A program made the translations under genes and the position numbers. Of a stretch of 64,000 nucleotides of DNA, positions 25,521 to 38,500 are shown piece after piece. The notes below the pieces were generated by a model. It saw only the letters and a program-made list of their open reading frames with translations, was not told the DNA's origin and searched no databases. Origin of the DNA: Asterias rubens (Eukaryota); contig NC_047063.1 of the NCBI RefSeq assembly GCF_902459465.1, forward strand, positions 2,170,001 to 2,234,000. Direction: 5' to 3'. Numbering within the stretch: the stretch's first letter is position 1; each line of letters begins with the position of its first letter.

Positions 25521-27028
25521 GCACAGTGGGCCAGAATTGAATCAAAGTGCGCCCAAATTATATCTCAACATATTTTTGATGAAAATTATATTTTAACATA
25601 TTTATGATGGAAAGTTGGTTGTAAGGGGTTTTCTGATACGTAGGTTTTAAAGGTCTATGACGTCATCATAGTCCTAGAACGTGATTGGTCTGCAAGAGTT
25701 TAATAACTACTATAATATGCGTTTTGTTCATTTTTTTCTTCAATTAAACCTAGGCATATCAAAGAAACAGTGAACAAATTTTTGCGATGTAATTTGTGTT
25801 TTCATAAGGGTTTCTAAAAGCGGTACTCATAAATGGTGGTCTTTCTTTGATGCTGAACAGAGTAATATGTCCGCTGACACACGCACGAGTCGTTACAGGT
25901 GGTTGAGTCAAAACAGGCGTTTCTCATAGGGGTATACAACTTCCAACTTCCAATAATTTCCAAAGTCGCAAAAAGGCGCAACCAAATTTGATTTTAGACT
26001 GTTCCTGAAGGTTCAGGCTACTGAAAAAAAGTTAGAATTAAAGGGATAATCATAGTGGGGGTCAGTAACATGGGTCTACCTCAGTGCCCCCCCCCCCCCC
26101 CCCCACCCCCCCCCCCCCCACACCAAACACTGGTTGCTTATCTAAGGGGTATTTTGAATATAGAAAAACTGATCAAAAATTTATTGGAGTTTTTAATTAG
26201 CAGTTTTTATTGCGGACATTGTTTTGGTGGGGTCTTCAAAAGTTTGTTCCTGTCCTTTTATTGCTAGCTCTGTAGGACTTTGTGTCTTTTTTTGTATCAC
26301 TGGAAAAAACATAATTTGACAGTGATATCGCTTTATACATGAAATATAATTTGATGTCTACCAAGCGGGGGTGTCCTTTCTTTCTCAAAGGTCATGGCCG
26401 TGAGTTTGGCCAACCAGTGGTTGGTAAAAAGCACAGTAATTAATTCCCCTTATCACGTGTGATATCTAAGCAAAAAGGACACCCTCTTTTCAGTGGTTCC
26501 AGCCTTCCAGTAGGCATGCCTTTAGTTTTAACGGCAGTTGATAATAATTGGGTACAATCAATAATAGCGCATTGGGGCATCAGTTGACATCACTGATGCT
26601 GGGGTAGTCTGTCTTGCATGAAAACCAACGTCTTGAATTAAGACTACTTGTGTAGAGGAGGCAAAGTCTCCAGCTTATTATGGTCAACAAGTGGGCGTGG
26701 TCCACATGAATGGGTGTGACTTTCCTTTTCTGACAAAGGAGTTTTTAAAAGAAAAAACCAAAGTATACATTTTGTGGAAATTATTAGACAGCGTCCACGG
26801 TAAATGTAAATGTTTGGTTATATTTATCTCTTGAGGCTAGTTCCAAATACCCTTAGAAATATAAAATGTTACATTGATTGAAAAGAAATCTTCAAATGCA
26901 CAAGCCAAATATATGTTATTTTGTACTCATTTATTTGTTTCTTTCCAAAACTTGATTGACCAAAAGGGTTGTTTAAATTAGATTACTGTTTAACTAGTTT
27001 ACTGATGAAGTTATACATTTCAACTTAA

Positions 27029-27320
27029 GGCACTGGACACTATTGGTAATTGTCAAAGACCAGTCTTCTCACTTGGTGTATCTCAACATATGCATAAAAT
27101 AACAAACCTGTGAAAATTTGAGCTTGATTGGTCGTCGGGGTTGCGAGACAACTGTGAAAGAAAAAACACTCTTGTCACACGAAGTTGTGTGCTTTTGGAT
27201 GCTTGATTTCAAGACCTCAAATTCTAAACTTGAGGTCTCGAAATCAAATTCGTGGAAAATTACTTCATGAAGACGAAAAATATGTCACTTCAGAGGGAGC
27301 CATTTCTCACAATGTTTATA
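27029..27320. mobile_element. Kolobok-type MITE, 3'-truncated
   Basis: ttaa|ggcactggacactattggtaattgtcaaagaccagtc... near-identical to 24068 copy until ~27320. Confidence 0.75.
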
Positions 27321-29832
27321 CAACACACAAGTGAAAATACTAATTAATTCATGTAAATATTCATTCCATTTACATAATGTGTAATATACCTTAAAAGAAT
27401 GAAGGAATATTTGGCTATTAAAACAGCCAATGTCTCATTGTTTACAAAAACAGTGCCCTTTTGCATTCCAGAGCATCTCCTGGCAAGCAAGATGTAGCTT
27501 CACTGTTCATACAAAGATATATGACATGTTTGATCATAATTGTATTGTATTGGTCTTAAATATTCAGGGACTCCATCAGTGATTCCAATGTTCTCCCTGA
27601 TGGGACCCCGAGACATACAATTAATGAAAACTATACAAGAGAAACTAGACGGTGAATGTCCACTGGTTAAAATTAAACACAACAATATTTAGTTATAAAG
27701 GAAAATAATGCACTGTATGTAATATTAATTATCATAAATAAAAAGACCACAATTTGAAATGTACAGCCTTTTCTCAAGAGAAAAAGTTGATAACAATTGT
27801 TACTTTCCAGTCTTCATCAATGCAATACTTGAAATGTCCTTCCATGCTGAGCTTAGTACACTTTGTGCCTGCAGGAAGTCCATGCTTTGTGGCACTCTTT
27901 TTAACTTGTGAAGTCATTGAGTAATACATTACACCAACATTTGTTATATTATTTGTATTGAAATGATCCATATCCCATTGTGTCATGATGCTTGTCCATA
28001 CTTTGCTGCTATTTGGGATTTGGATCAGCTCTTTATAAATACAAAAATATACTATTCCGATGTTTCAGTGGTGTATGATACAAAAATACATAAAATGAAG
28101 CATTAATGTGCCCCTCATTCATGGTTTGATAAACAATCTAAAGGAACTGTAAATTGCCTGATGTTAAGGTGGAACAGTGGACATTACATGATGGCATTAT
28201 TAAAATAAGCAATATGAAAATAACATTACGGTAGCTCAATTAGACACATTTCTGTCACAGTGTCTTACTTCTCAGAGAAAATTAGACTTTGTTGTGTTCT
28301 TTGGAGATTGCATAGAGTTGGTTGACTGTAAGTTTATCTCAAGTGACTTGGCCCTTGCAATGATGTCATACTTGACTTCTTCCTCCCCATTGTCTTCATC
28401 ACTTGGGTCAATTAATAAGGTACTACTACTGATACATACTGAAAGACACTGCGCTGCTATGTACTGGAATTAACACTGATTTGGCTAAGTCAACTTCTCA
28501 TAATGATTACAGACAATGAATACAATACAAAGCAGGCTTTGTATTCTGTTTGAACTAATGAGATGATCTTTAGTGCACTTTGAAGAGTATACTTCCTGTA
28601 TTAAACCAGAAGTAATAAATTTGATGTCAGCTGTGTTGTGTAAGGTACAATCACTGATGCCTTGAATCACCCAATTACATTATGCTATGATGTACTGACG
28701 TTAGCATTGATTTGAATAAAGTCAACATCTTGGAATGGTTAACATTTAGACACAACTTGAAAACCCAAAGCAAACTGTGACTGCGATTCTGTAAAGACTT
28801 GTTGCATTGTTGTCACTGAACTGTTCCTTTAGAACTAGAGGATGGGATAAAGTCTACTCTTCCATAATCCAATGATGTCATTTCCTTTTAAGCTTCAATT
28901 GCATTTAAGATGCTAGGGTCTGAATTGTGGCTGATTTGACCTGAATTAAAATGTAAACGGTGCACTGTAACTAAGCGAGTCATTATACCAGACGTTATTG
29001 AAATCTAACTTGCCAATGGCTTATTGTGTTTTTGGGCTTTATTGATAGTTGATACGTCAATCGTGTCAATTACTTAGTTTTGTTGGACATAGATGCTGAA
29101 AGATGGAAATTCCACTTAAAACTGAAACTCAATGAAGACTGTCTATATTTGATGATTAAGTGAAGAAAGTAAGAAATTGCATCATTTCAACACTTTTTCA
29201 GCTACAAAGGGGGCAACAGTGTACTGTCCAAAACGCTCCAAATGTAACGCCATGTTTTGTGCTCTAGAGACCAAAATTACGACAAATTCTGTCAAATGTA
29301 CCTGTACATCTTTTACACCATCTCTAATTGATTGGTACCAAAAATACATTGATGAGAACCCAAAACTCACAGACTTTTGTACAAATTATAGGGGTAGTCA
29401 AATGTCATGTCCAAAAAATGTAATGTCCGTAACAGCAGCATTAATGAGTGATATTTAATAAATGAATAAGACATACTGAAATTCACAGTGTTAGTCTCTA
29501 TACGGACTACTATGTTGTGGTAAGGGAAGATTTTATATAAACATTAAGCAGATGTGTTTGCTGAGCTCTTGAACTTCTGAAAACTGTCTGAAATGTAATG
29601 TCCGTAACAATGGAATTGCCCAAGAGACAACCAAAGACTTCAAGGAATAATACATCATTGGTTTGGGAGTAATTTCATTTCCATCCAACAGTCTCCAATA
29701 AACATGATCAGCTTCATTTGCCTCAAATAAAGGAAGAACACAGTTGAGCAGGGAAATCACAGACTCAATGACATGACAGATTCAGCGTGAGTAACTTGGA
29801 ATGAGTTGCATTTACGACAAATGGGGCTTTGT

Positions 29833-32582
29833 CTAAAATGGTGGAAATTGTCCAAATCGTATTCTTTTCAACCATGATGGGTCTGTGAAATCCAATATGG
29901 CAAAATTCAAATCACTTAATGCATTAATGTACTCCTTATCCTCATCTCTCAACCCATATAGTGAGAGCTTCTGGAGGTGTTTGGTCATCAGCTTCAAATG
30001 CTGAGCCCAGGATGATGCACAGCCAATCAATGAATAATTAAGTGAGAGATCTAGATGAATCCGGTTGGGCATGTCACTTACTGACTCAGCAATAGGCTCT
30101 ATATCAACATCTCTCAATGTGCACCCTGCCAATGACAGTTCCTTCAGGTGGTTCATTTTCTTCAAATGCTGAGCCCACAATGTTGCACAGCCACCCAATG
30201 CTCCATTAGCCTGGAGGTTCAGATGATTCAGGTCGGGCATGTCACTCACTGCCTCAGAAATGGGCCCCATATCAACATCTGTCAGAAAGCACCTTGCCAA
30301 TGACAGTTCCTTCAGATGTTTCATTAACTTCAAATGCTGAGCCCAGGATGATGCATGGCGACCCAATGCTTCATTATTTGAGAGATCTAGACGAATCAGG
30401 TTGGGCATGTCACTCACTGACTCAGCAATGGGCTCTATATCATCACCTGTCAGATTGCACCCTGCTAATGTCAGGTCCTTTAGGTGGTTCATTTTCTTCA
30501 AAGCCCCCAATGGTGCACTGCCACCCAATGCATGATTATGTGAGAGATCTAGACTAACCAGAGTAGACACACCACTCAATGCCACAGCAATGTGCTCTAT
30601 ATCTGTACCTTGCAGTGAACAGTCTCTCAAGTGAATATCTTGAAGGCATTCCAGTTTCCCCAGTTCAGGACCCCAATTGGATGCACAGCCACACAATCCT
30701 TTGTTCTGTGATACATCTAGATCAACCAGAATGTCACCCATTGACTTTGCAATGAGTAACACATCTTTAGCTACCAGTAAGCAACCCAGCAAGTGCAGCC
30801 TCTTGAGGCGCCTCAGTTCCATCAATTGAGGAGCCAACAATGACACAGAGCCACCCAAGGCTTCATTCCCTGAGAGGTTTAGCTCAGTCAATGTTGATGG
30901 AGTTGCCAATGATGATAGGATTTGATTAGTATGTGCAGCAGTTAATGAGCTGCTTTGCAGAGAAAGAGATTGTAAATTAGTCATTTGCTTTATCGACTCT
31001 ACCAAATCTCTACCAAACCTCTGGAAGTTTAAACTTGTTGCAAACAGTTTCTTAACCTTTGTGAAGTGATCATTTCTTGCCACTTGCTTCAGAAAATGAA
31101 AGTATGCGTTTGTACTATCATTATTCCAATCTGAAATGTCAATATCATCAGTCAGAATTGAACTGATAACTGATTTTGGTGGAAGTTCCTTTGACTGACT
31201 CTCGAAATAGCAAATAGTGACAAGTCGCGAATCTCTGCCTTGAGGAATTTTCTGTAAAATACGATTTGTACATGCCTCATTGTTTCCGCAACAAAATCGG
31301 AGCAGATACTCATAACGAGACAGGAGGTGAGAAGGAAAAGTCAATGGTGTACTCAAAACAATCTTCAGGATTTCGTTAAACTTTGCCTTTCTCGATTTAA
31401 GGAACAAGCTTTGCCAGTACATTGCTGCGCAATACTCCAGAAATGTTTGGTGTATAAAAGACACTCTTTGATAGGTTTCAAGCCCATCGATGACCCTCTC
31501 ACTAGTGAGGATACCTGCATTCATTGCTGCATCTAATGCAGTCTTTTCAAAGTCCCCTTCGCTAAAGGCAAATGACTGATCTTTAGAAAGGAGACTACCT
31601 AGAGCAACCTTCCCAATAGAAATCAAAATATTTGATATTTCAGCGTCTTTGATGTCTCTTGTTTTTCTTTTGAATATGTATTTCAGTGCTTTGTTATACA
31701 GTCGTGTCATTGTGTCTGGGAGGGTGTTCTCTGCGTCACATAGCAAACACATCAGCAGCAGTAGCATGGGACTCTTTGCCAAATCAGACAAGGTATCTGA
31801 GAGTTTAATCTGCTCTATAAGCTTGCTAGCCTTGTCATGATCCCCAGGGAAGAATTTGTTCACATATTCCTTTATATCTGTACCTGAAAACCCCTCAATT
31901 CTCACATGAGTATAGGGATTTTCAACCAATGCTGAGTTGACTAATTTGTCAATGGGAGGACGGGATGTAATAACTACCCAACATTCTGGGCCCAGCTTTC
32001 GATTAATAACTTTGAGAATCGTACCATATGAGGATGTGTCAGTTGAAGTGATTTTACATTCATCAAATCCATCCAAGAGAATCAATACTTTTTCTTGGTT
32101 CTTGTCAATAAACTCTTTCAAAGCAGATTTATCTACAGAGTCTTTTGAAATAAGCTTTTCAAAAATGGCATCTTCTAAGTTGCTACTTTGTTGCAATGAA
32201 CCCATTTTCAATGCAAAAACAAGTTCGAACTTCTTGAGTGTCTCACTCTTACCCATTGCCCAATCATAAGCAATTTTGTCAATTAGGGTTGTCTTGCCAA
32301 TTCCTGCTGATCCGCTGATAACGATACGTTTGATTGGATTTTTCTCTCTTGTTTCAGAGTGGAACATTTCTTCATATAGCTGCAGGGTATTTTTCTTTGT
32401 TTGAATCATCCCACTCATGTCAACTTGTTTAACTAAACATAGCTTAGTGTAGATGTCCATTATGTGTCTCTGATGATCATCCACCCATGGGAGAATCTGC
32501 ACATAGCTACCTGTAGATTTGTACACTTTCTCCACCGCCTTTGATGCAACAGCTTGAATTTGCTTTTGGTCTGGTGTTCCTG
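29833..32582 (-). CDS. NLR (NACHT-LRR) main exon: NACHT, helical domains and ribonuclease-inhibitor-type LRRs
   Basis: Acceptor ttttttccag at 32583; 916 codons to stop. Walker A GSAGIGKTT, Walker B LILLDGFDE, ITSRP sensor, GFS, PMLL, FIHQTFLEYCAA, then LxxLxLxxN/C repeats. Confidence 0.95.
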
Positions 32583-35500
32583 CTGGAAAAAAGAAACAAA
32601 ATCAAATTTAATCAAAAACACTCATGCACTCACACAACACTGAAGAGTGCTCTGAATATTTGCTAATCACAAACTTTTCAAAGTTTTATTCACGAGCCTT
32701 GCATTGGTCGTTATTCTGTAAAATCAACAACCCATTTCGAACGCATCTACAGCCAGCTTGTGGTTTTCATGGTTTTTCAAGCAAAATGTTAGAGAATAAT
32801 TATTCAACAACAAACCTAGCGCTTGTTTGTTTGTTTGTTTGTTTGTTTGTTTGAAGAAATGCCCATTTGATCTTTTTACTGGGCTGAACTTTGTTAAAAA
32901 CATGCACTGTGGGATGTGTGAGCAACATTGTCCAATATTATTGTTTTTAAATCTGATTTGACATTAATGGTTATTATCACAGTAAGACACCACATTTAAA
33001 CACTGTAGTTTTCATACTTGAAAACCTTATTCCCAATGGACCAACAAGTAGTACCTAATATTTTAAAAGCAAACAAAATTGTAACCAAGATAGAGCCTTG
33101 GATTAAGGGTTTCATTTTTTACCCAATTCAATTCAATTCAATTCACTTTACATTTATTTATACAAAACATTTCCACAAAATTATAGAGCTACATAGGGCC
33201 TACTGTTAAGTAACTTCCATGATTGGAATTTGTATCCCTGTTATACATTCTGATTGCCTTTTTTGAATCACGACGATTCCAAAATTATTGTTCTTAAATT
33301 TACAAATTTTGAAAACCAATCTGTGAATGGTTTGGTTGCAAAGTCGCATGAACACAAGGAAGAATGGTATAAAATACCTGTAACATTCTGAATGGTATTT
33401 AGGTTCACAGTAACTCCAGAAGTATTGCCCAAGAAGCCAACACTATGATGCTCAAAAGACACATTTTGTCCTTCAGCAGGTGGTTGGTTAGGACGAACTG
33501 TATGAACACTAGATGGTTGCTGGCTGACTCTGTCTTGCCGATGATCTTGTTCTAAAATTATGTTAGCGCCCTCTAGGCAGCTGGACGGCTTTTTTGTCTC
33601 TGTCAAATTTTATTCTTGCCAAATCTCTCCATTCTCCATAATAATTGATATTCCTGACTGCAAGATCAACTTGGTGAGTCTTCTCAATAACTATGAACTC
33701 TCCCACGAGTAAGTGACTATATTTTTGAACTGCTTTCGTAATTTTGTGGAACTGCAGGCATCTCTCTACCGTTAACCAGTTGTGATATAATCTAAGCAAT
33801 GATGACGTCAGTCCTGAAATACTCTGCCAAAAGTCTTACTGACATAGGAAGGAAATTGCAAAAAACCAACCTACCGCAACGAACGTGGGATATTCTGAGA
33901 GCTAATAACATAGCAAAAATTAATAAGCGAGGTTGCAGAGGAGGATCTACAACACTTCGTCATATTCCAGTAGTAATGTCGCAAAGGTCCACCATTTTGA
34001 AATCTACACAAAGGAGAGGAATTGGGAACCTCATTAACATAACAACTGAGCAACCGAGGTACCATTATCAGCTACCAACTACCTTGTTATGTAATCCTCG
34101 TTCCCTCAATAACAAAGTTGATGAACTGAGCCTGATTTTGAACAATAACAAAGTGGACATTGGAGCTATCACGGAGACGTGGTTTTCACCAGACCAACCT
34201 GTGGATCAATTTAGTATCCATGGCTACAACATTTTTTCGCGTCCAAGAAAAGAGCGACGAGGAGGGGATGTAGCTCTTTACACCAAACAATGCTTGAATG
34301 CCACCTTACTTGATAACATAGAGGTTCCTGATGACATCGAAGCAATCTGGGTTAATGTTCGGCCTCCACGCTTACCACGTTCAATTTCAAACATTGTGAT
34401 TGGAACTGTTTACTACCCTCCCAAAAGCATTATTGCTCAACCTCTGCTTGATCACATCAGTTCCACTGTTGATCAAATTCTCACTCGGCAGCCTGATTCC
34501 GGCATTATTGTCATGGGTGATTTTAACCGGCTAGAACTGGATCCTCTTTTGCCAACTCATGAAGATGCCATTTTAGACAAGATCATCACCAACCTATCAT
34601 CATTCTACAATCCTGTAGAAATCAGCTCCCCTCTTGGTCTTAGTGATCACCGCTGTGTCATTGTCAGACCTAAAAGCCCCATCCGCAATACCAACACCAG
34701 CAAGACTCGAGTGGTACGGCCCATGAAGGACAGCGACGTGCGAGAATGTGGTTCATGGTTGAGTGACCATGATTGGTTGGAAGTAATCAGCACGCATGAC
34801 GTCACTGCAAAATGCACGGAGTTCTACGAAACCCTCAACTGTGTGCTAGACACTTACTTTCCGAAGAAATCAGTCAAAAAACACCCCACTGACAAACCAT
34901 GGCTGACACCCTACATCAAATCACTCGTTGTCAAGCGTCAGCGTGCTTTCCATGGCAACCAACAATCGCTGTGGAGGTATTTCAGGAACAAGATCAATCG
35001 TGAAATCAAACTGGCCAAGAAAACACACTACACAACCAAGGTCGAGCGACTCAAGAAATCTAATCCGAGTTCATGGTTTCGTGAAGTTCGACTTATTACA
35101 ACAGGCACGAGCACAAATCGCAACATCCATGTGCGGAATATTGACCCCACAGCTCACAAGGACATAGCGTCTGCTATTTGTGAAAAGTTCGCTGCAGTCG
35201 GTAACGACCTTGACCCCTTGGATACATCCTTACTGCCAGCCTACCTTCCAGCCAAACCAATCCCTCCTGTCCAACCTTGGGAGGTGCTCAAACAACTTCA
35301 GAGAATAAGCAGCATAAAGGCGAGTGGCCCCGATAATATTTCGGCTAGATTTATACGACAGTATTCTTATGAACTTTCTAAGCCATTGACTCACATTATC
35401 AACGCCTCGTTTGCACAGCTTATCGTCCCAGCACAATGGAAGAGGGCAATTGTCGTCCCTGTGCCCAAAACTTCACCAGCCAACATAGACAATTTGCGAC

Positions 35501-38500
35501 CCATTGCCCTCACAGATCACTTTGCCAAAGTGACAAATCACTTCATTGCTCAACAAACAATGGCGTCGATTAAACCCAACCTCGACCCCGCCCAGTTCGG
35601 AAACATCAAGAACGTATCCACTACGCACTGTTTGATTGATGTTCTTCACACACTCCATGCTAATGCTGAACTACCCAAATCTATATCGTCCATTCTTCTC
35701 ACTGACTTTTCTAAGGCTTTTGATCACATCGACCACACAATTGCAGTTTCCAAGCTCCTCAAGTTGGGAGTTCCACCACATTTAGCCGCATGGATCGGTG
35801 ATTTCATCTCTAATCGTGAACAGTGCTTGAGATACCTCGATTGCTTTTCGGAATGGACCCCTACTAATGCAGGTGTTCCACAAGGCACTAAGCTCGGTGC
35901 CATTATCTTCCTGGCAGTTATCAATGACGCCGGTTTCAAAGAGAACAATACAAGTATAAAACACTTCAAATATGTTGATGACATGACTGTCATTGAAACC
36001 CGTGATGCCAGTGTTGGATCCAACCTCCCATCTGCCATAACTGATCTGGATGTTTGGTCGTCAGACAACAAAATGCAACTCAACGTGAAAAAGTGTTTCA
36101 CCATGGACATTTGTTTCTCGCGGAACCAACCAGTTCCCCTCTCATTGACTCTAAATGACAAAACTATAACACAATGTGCAGTTATTAAGCTTTTAGGTGT
36201 TTTTATTCAAGCCGACTTAAGATGGGACACGCATGTAGGCTCAATGATTAAGCGTGCAAATTCCCGCCTTTTCATGCTTCGTAAATTGAAGTATCATTAC
36301 CTAAGCATATCTGATCTTGTTGCTATATATACCTCCTTTGTGCGGCCAATTTTGGAGTACGCTGCACCCGCCTGGTCAGGTGCTTTGTCAAGTAAGCAGT
36401 GCAATGATCTGGAAAGGGTGCAAAAGCGCGCATGCAGAATTATTCTTGGCAATGACTACGTGCGCTACTCAGACGCTCTACAATTGTGCAGTATTGAAAC
36501 ACTGGTATGCCGTCGTAACCACTTGTGCCAATCTTTTGCCAAAACTCTCCCTTCATCAGTCCTAAAGCGCCTCTTGCCACAGAGGCATGATAGTGGGTAC
36601 CAACTCAGGAACTCCGGACTTCTGGGTCAGTTTAAATGCCGAACAGAGCGCTATAGAAAGAGCCCTCTCCCTCACCTCACACGCCTTTTTAACAACTGAA
36701 TTGCAATAGAATGCAGCTTTTTATGCGCCCTTTGACTGTGCCAGCAATATTTTTTTATCCAGGTTTTTTTTTTTCCCGCAACTTTCAGAACAATTTATTT
36801 TATACATTGTAAATATTTGTCTCTCCTTAATCAATTATTTCTTAAATAATGTGAAATAGTGTGTTTTTTTCTTATTTTTTAATCTCTGTATATTTTCCTG
36901 TAATTCGACCTCCGGTCGCCATGGGAATTTGTTTTTAAAATAATAAACCAATTATGAATGAATGAATGAATGAATATCTGATGGAAAACAACATTGATTG
37001 AGGTTCACATTCCAGAAGATAACACTTCATCTTGCTTAATTCAAGACAGCAACTTCCCATAATTCATTGAGTACAATCCAAATGGTTGTCCTGTGCAGCA
37101 TTCTTAACTTCAATATTGATGTCAAATTTCAAACCCAACTTTGCCCCGAATGTTGGTTGATGTAGTTTGACGGCAATAATCTCTCCCGATTTGAGAGTTT
37201 TGTGTAATGTGTAAAAAGACAGTCAAGATAAGTGGTTGACTTCTCAATGTGTTAAGTTTTTAGGCCTACTTTCCCTCTTGTGACCAACTTGGCGACTTAG
37301 TTTGTCTAATTCGAAAATCAAAATCTTAGACATTGCATTGTCTTTGATGTCTCTTCTTGTTTTTCTTTTGACTATGTATTTCAGTGCTTTATTATGCAGC
37401 AACAGCTTGGGATTCTTTGCCAAATCAGACAAGTGTGACCGGCCATTTGCATACAGCCCCTTGCTTGCAAACAGAGCGCCCTCATTTGCCCATCAGTAAG
37501 ATAAACAAAGCCACTCTTGCAATCCACATTCCTTAAGACCCCACACTGGACCTCATTCACAACATAAAGATTGTACAGTTAACATCTCTGTGTCTATTGC
37601 AATTCTACTATTAAAGTTTCATCAAAGTCAGTTGAGTTTCATCCATAATAGTCATCTTACCTCCACTGGTTAGACAACCATCTAGGCTAGGGTGAGTGTT
37701 TACTTGTTTTGTATTCTTAAAGATTTCTATTAAGTGCTATTCATAAATTCATATTTGTTAATCAGTTATTTTACTTTCATTGATACTTTCATCAGAAGTT
37801 CAATGAAGTCCCTTTAATCACCCATAGCTCTTTACTTTATTATAGAATTGCTATATTCTTATAGTCAGTAGTTTTAATTGATAGTTTGCCGAGACAAAAG
37901 TGTATAATGTGTCTTTAGTTTTATTAAGTTTTCTTGAGTTTTGTATATTAACTTTGATTTAGTTTGGGAGTACACTTCAGTGCTTTGGCCAAACAGTTCT
38001 CACTATTGTTTCACACAGTGAGACTACTGTGGATTATACAACCACTGTGGAATGTTGATCACCTCTCTGGCCAGATTAGGAACTCCCTAAGGCTATGTGC
38101 TGAGTGTGATGCTAGTGGCTAGGAAGTTAATATATCGATGGTCCCTATGCTGCACAGCATTGTTTATCGATATGTGCCTTTGTTAACTGTGTTGTGTGAT
38201 GAGTTAAGTTGAGCAATCGATATGCGATCACTGCAACATTGCCATTCTTACTATAGCTGGGCCATTGTTTATAAACTGTTCTGATAAGAGGTTGTTCCCA
38301 GTAGGGTTTCCTTATGTCTTTCTTGAGAAAGCTAATTATGTATTCAACCTGTCCTACAGAACACCAGGCTGGCAAAGCTTTTGTTTTCTTTAGGCTAAGT
38401 ACTTGTAGTGGCAAGCTACAGTATTATAGACTGTTGGTGTTTTATTACTTTCTTTGGTTTATTGTAAGATTATTTCTTTGCACTTAAACTGAGTTTTGTT

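Noticed and set aside
25521-25560. CACAGTG RSS-like heptamer suggesting a Transib/RAG-like terminus
   Set aside because: No matching inverted end, nonamer or transposase sequence found.
26087-26118. Long C/G homopolymer runs (also ~2080, 25001, 41522) as G-quadruplex elements
   Set aside because: Such runs are scattered across the window, vary between duplicates, and are error-prone in sequencing; no positional pattern.
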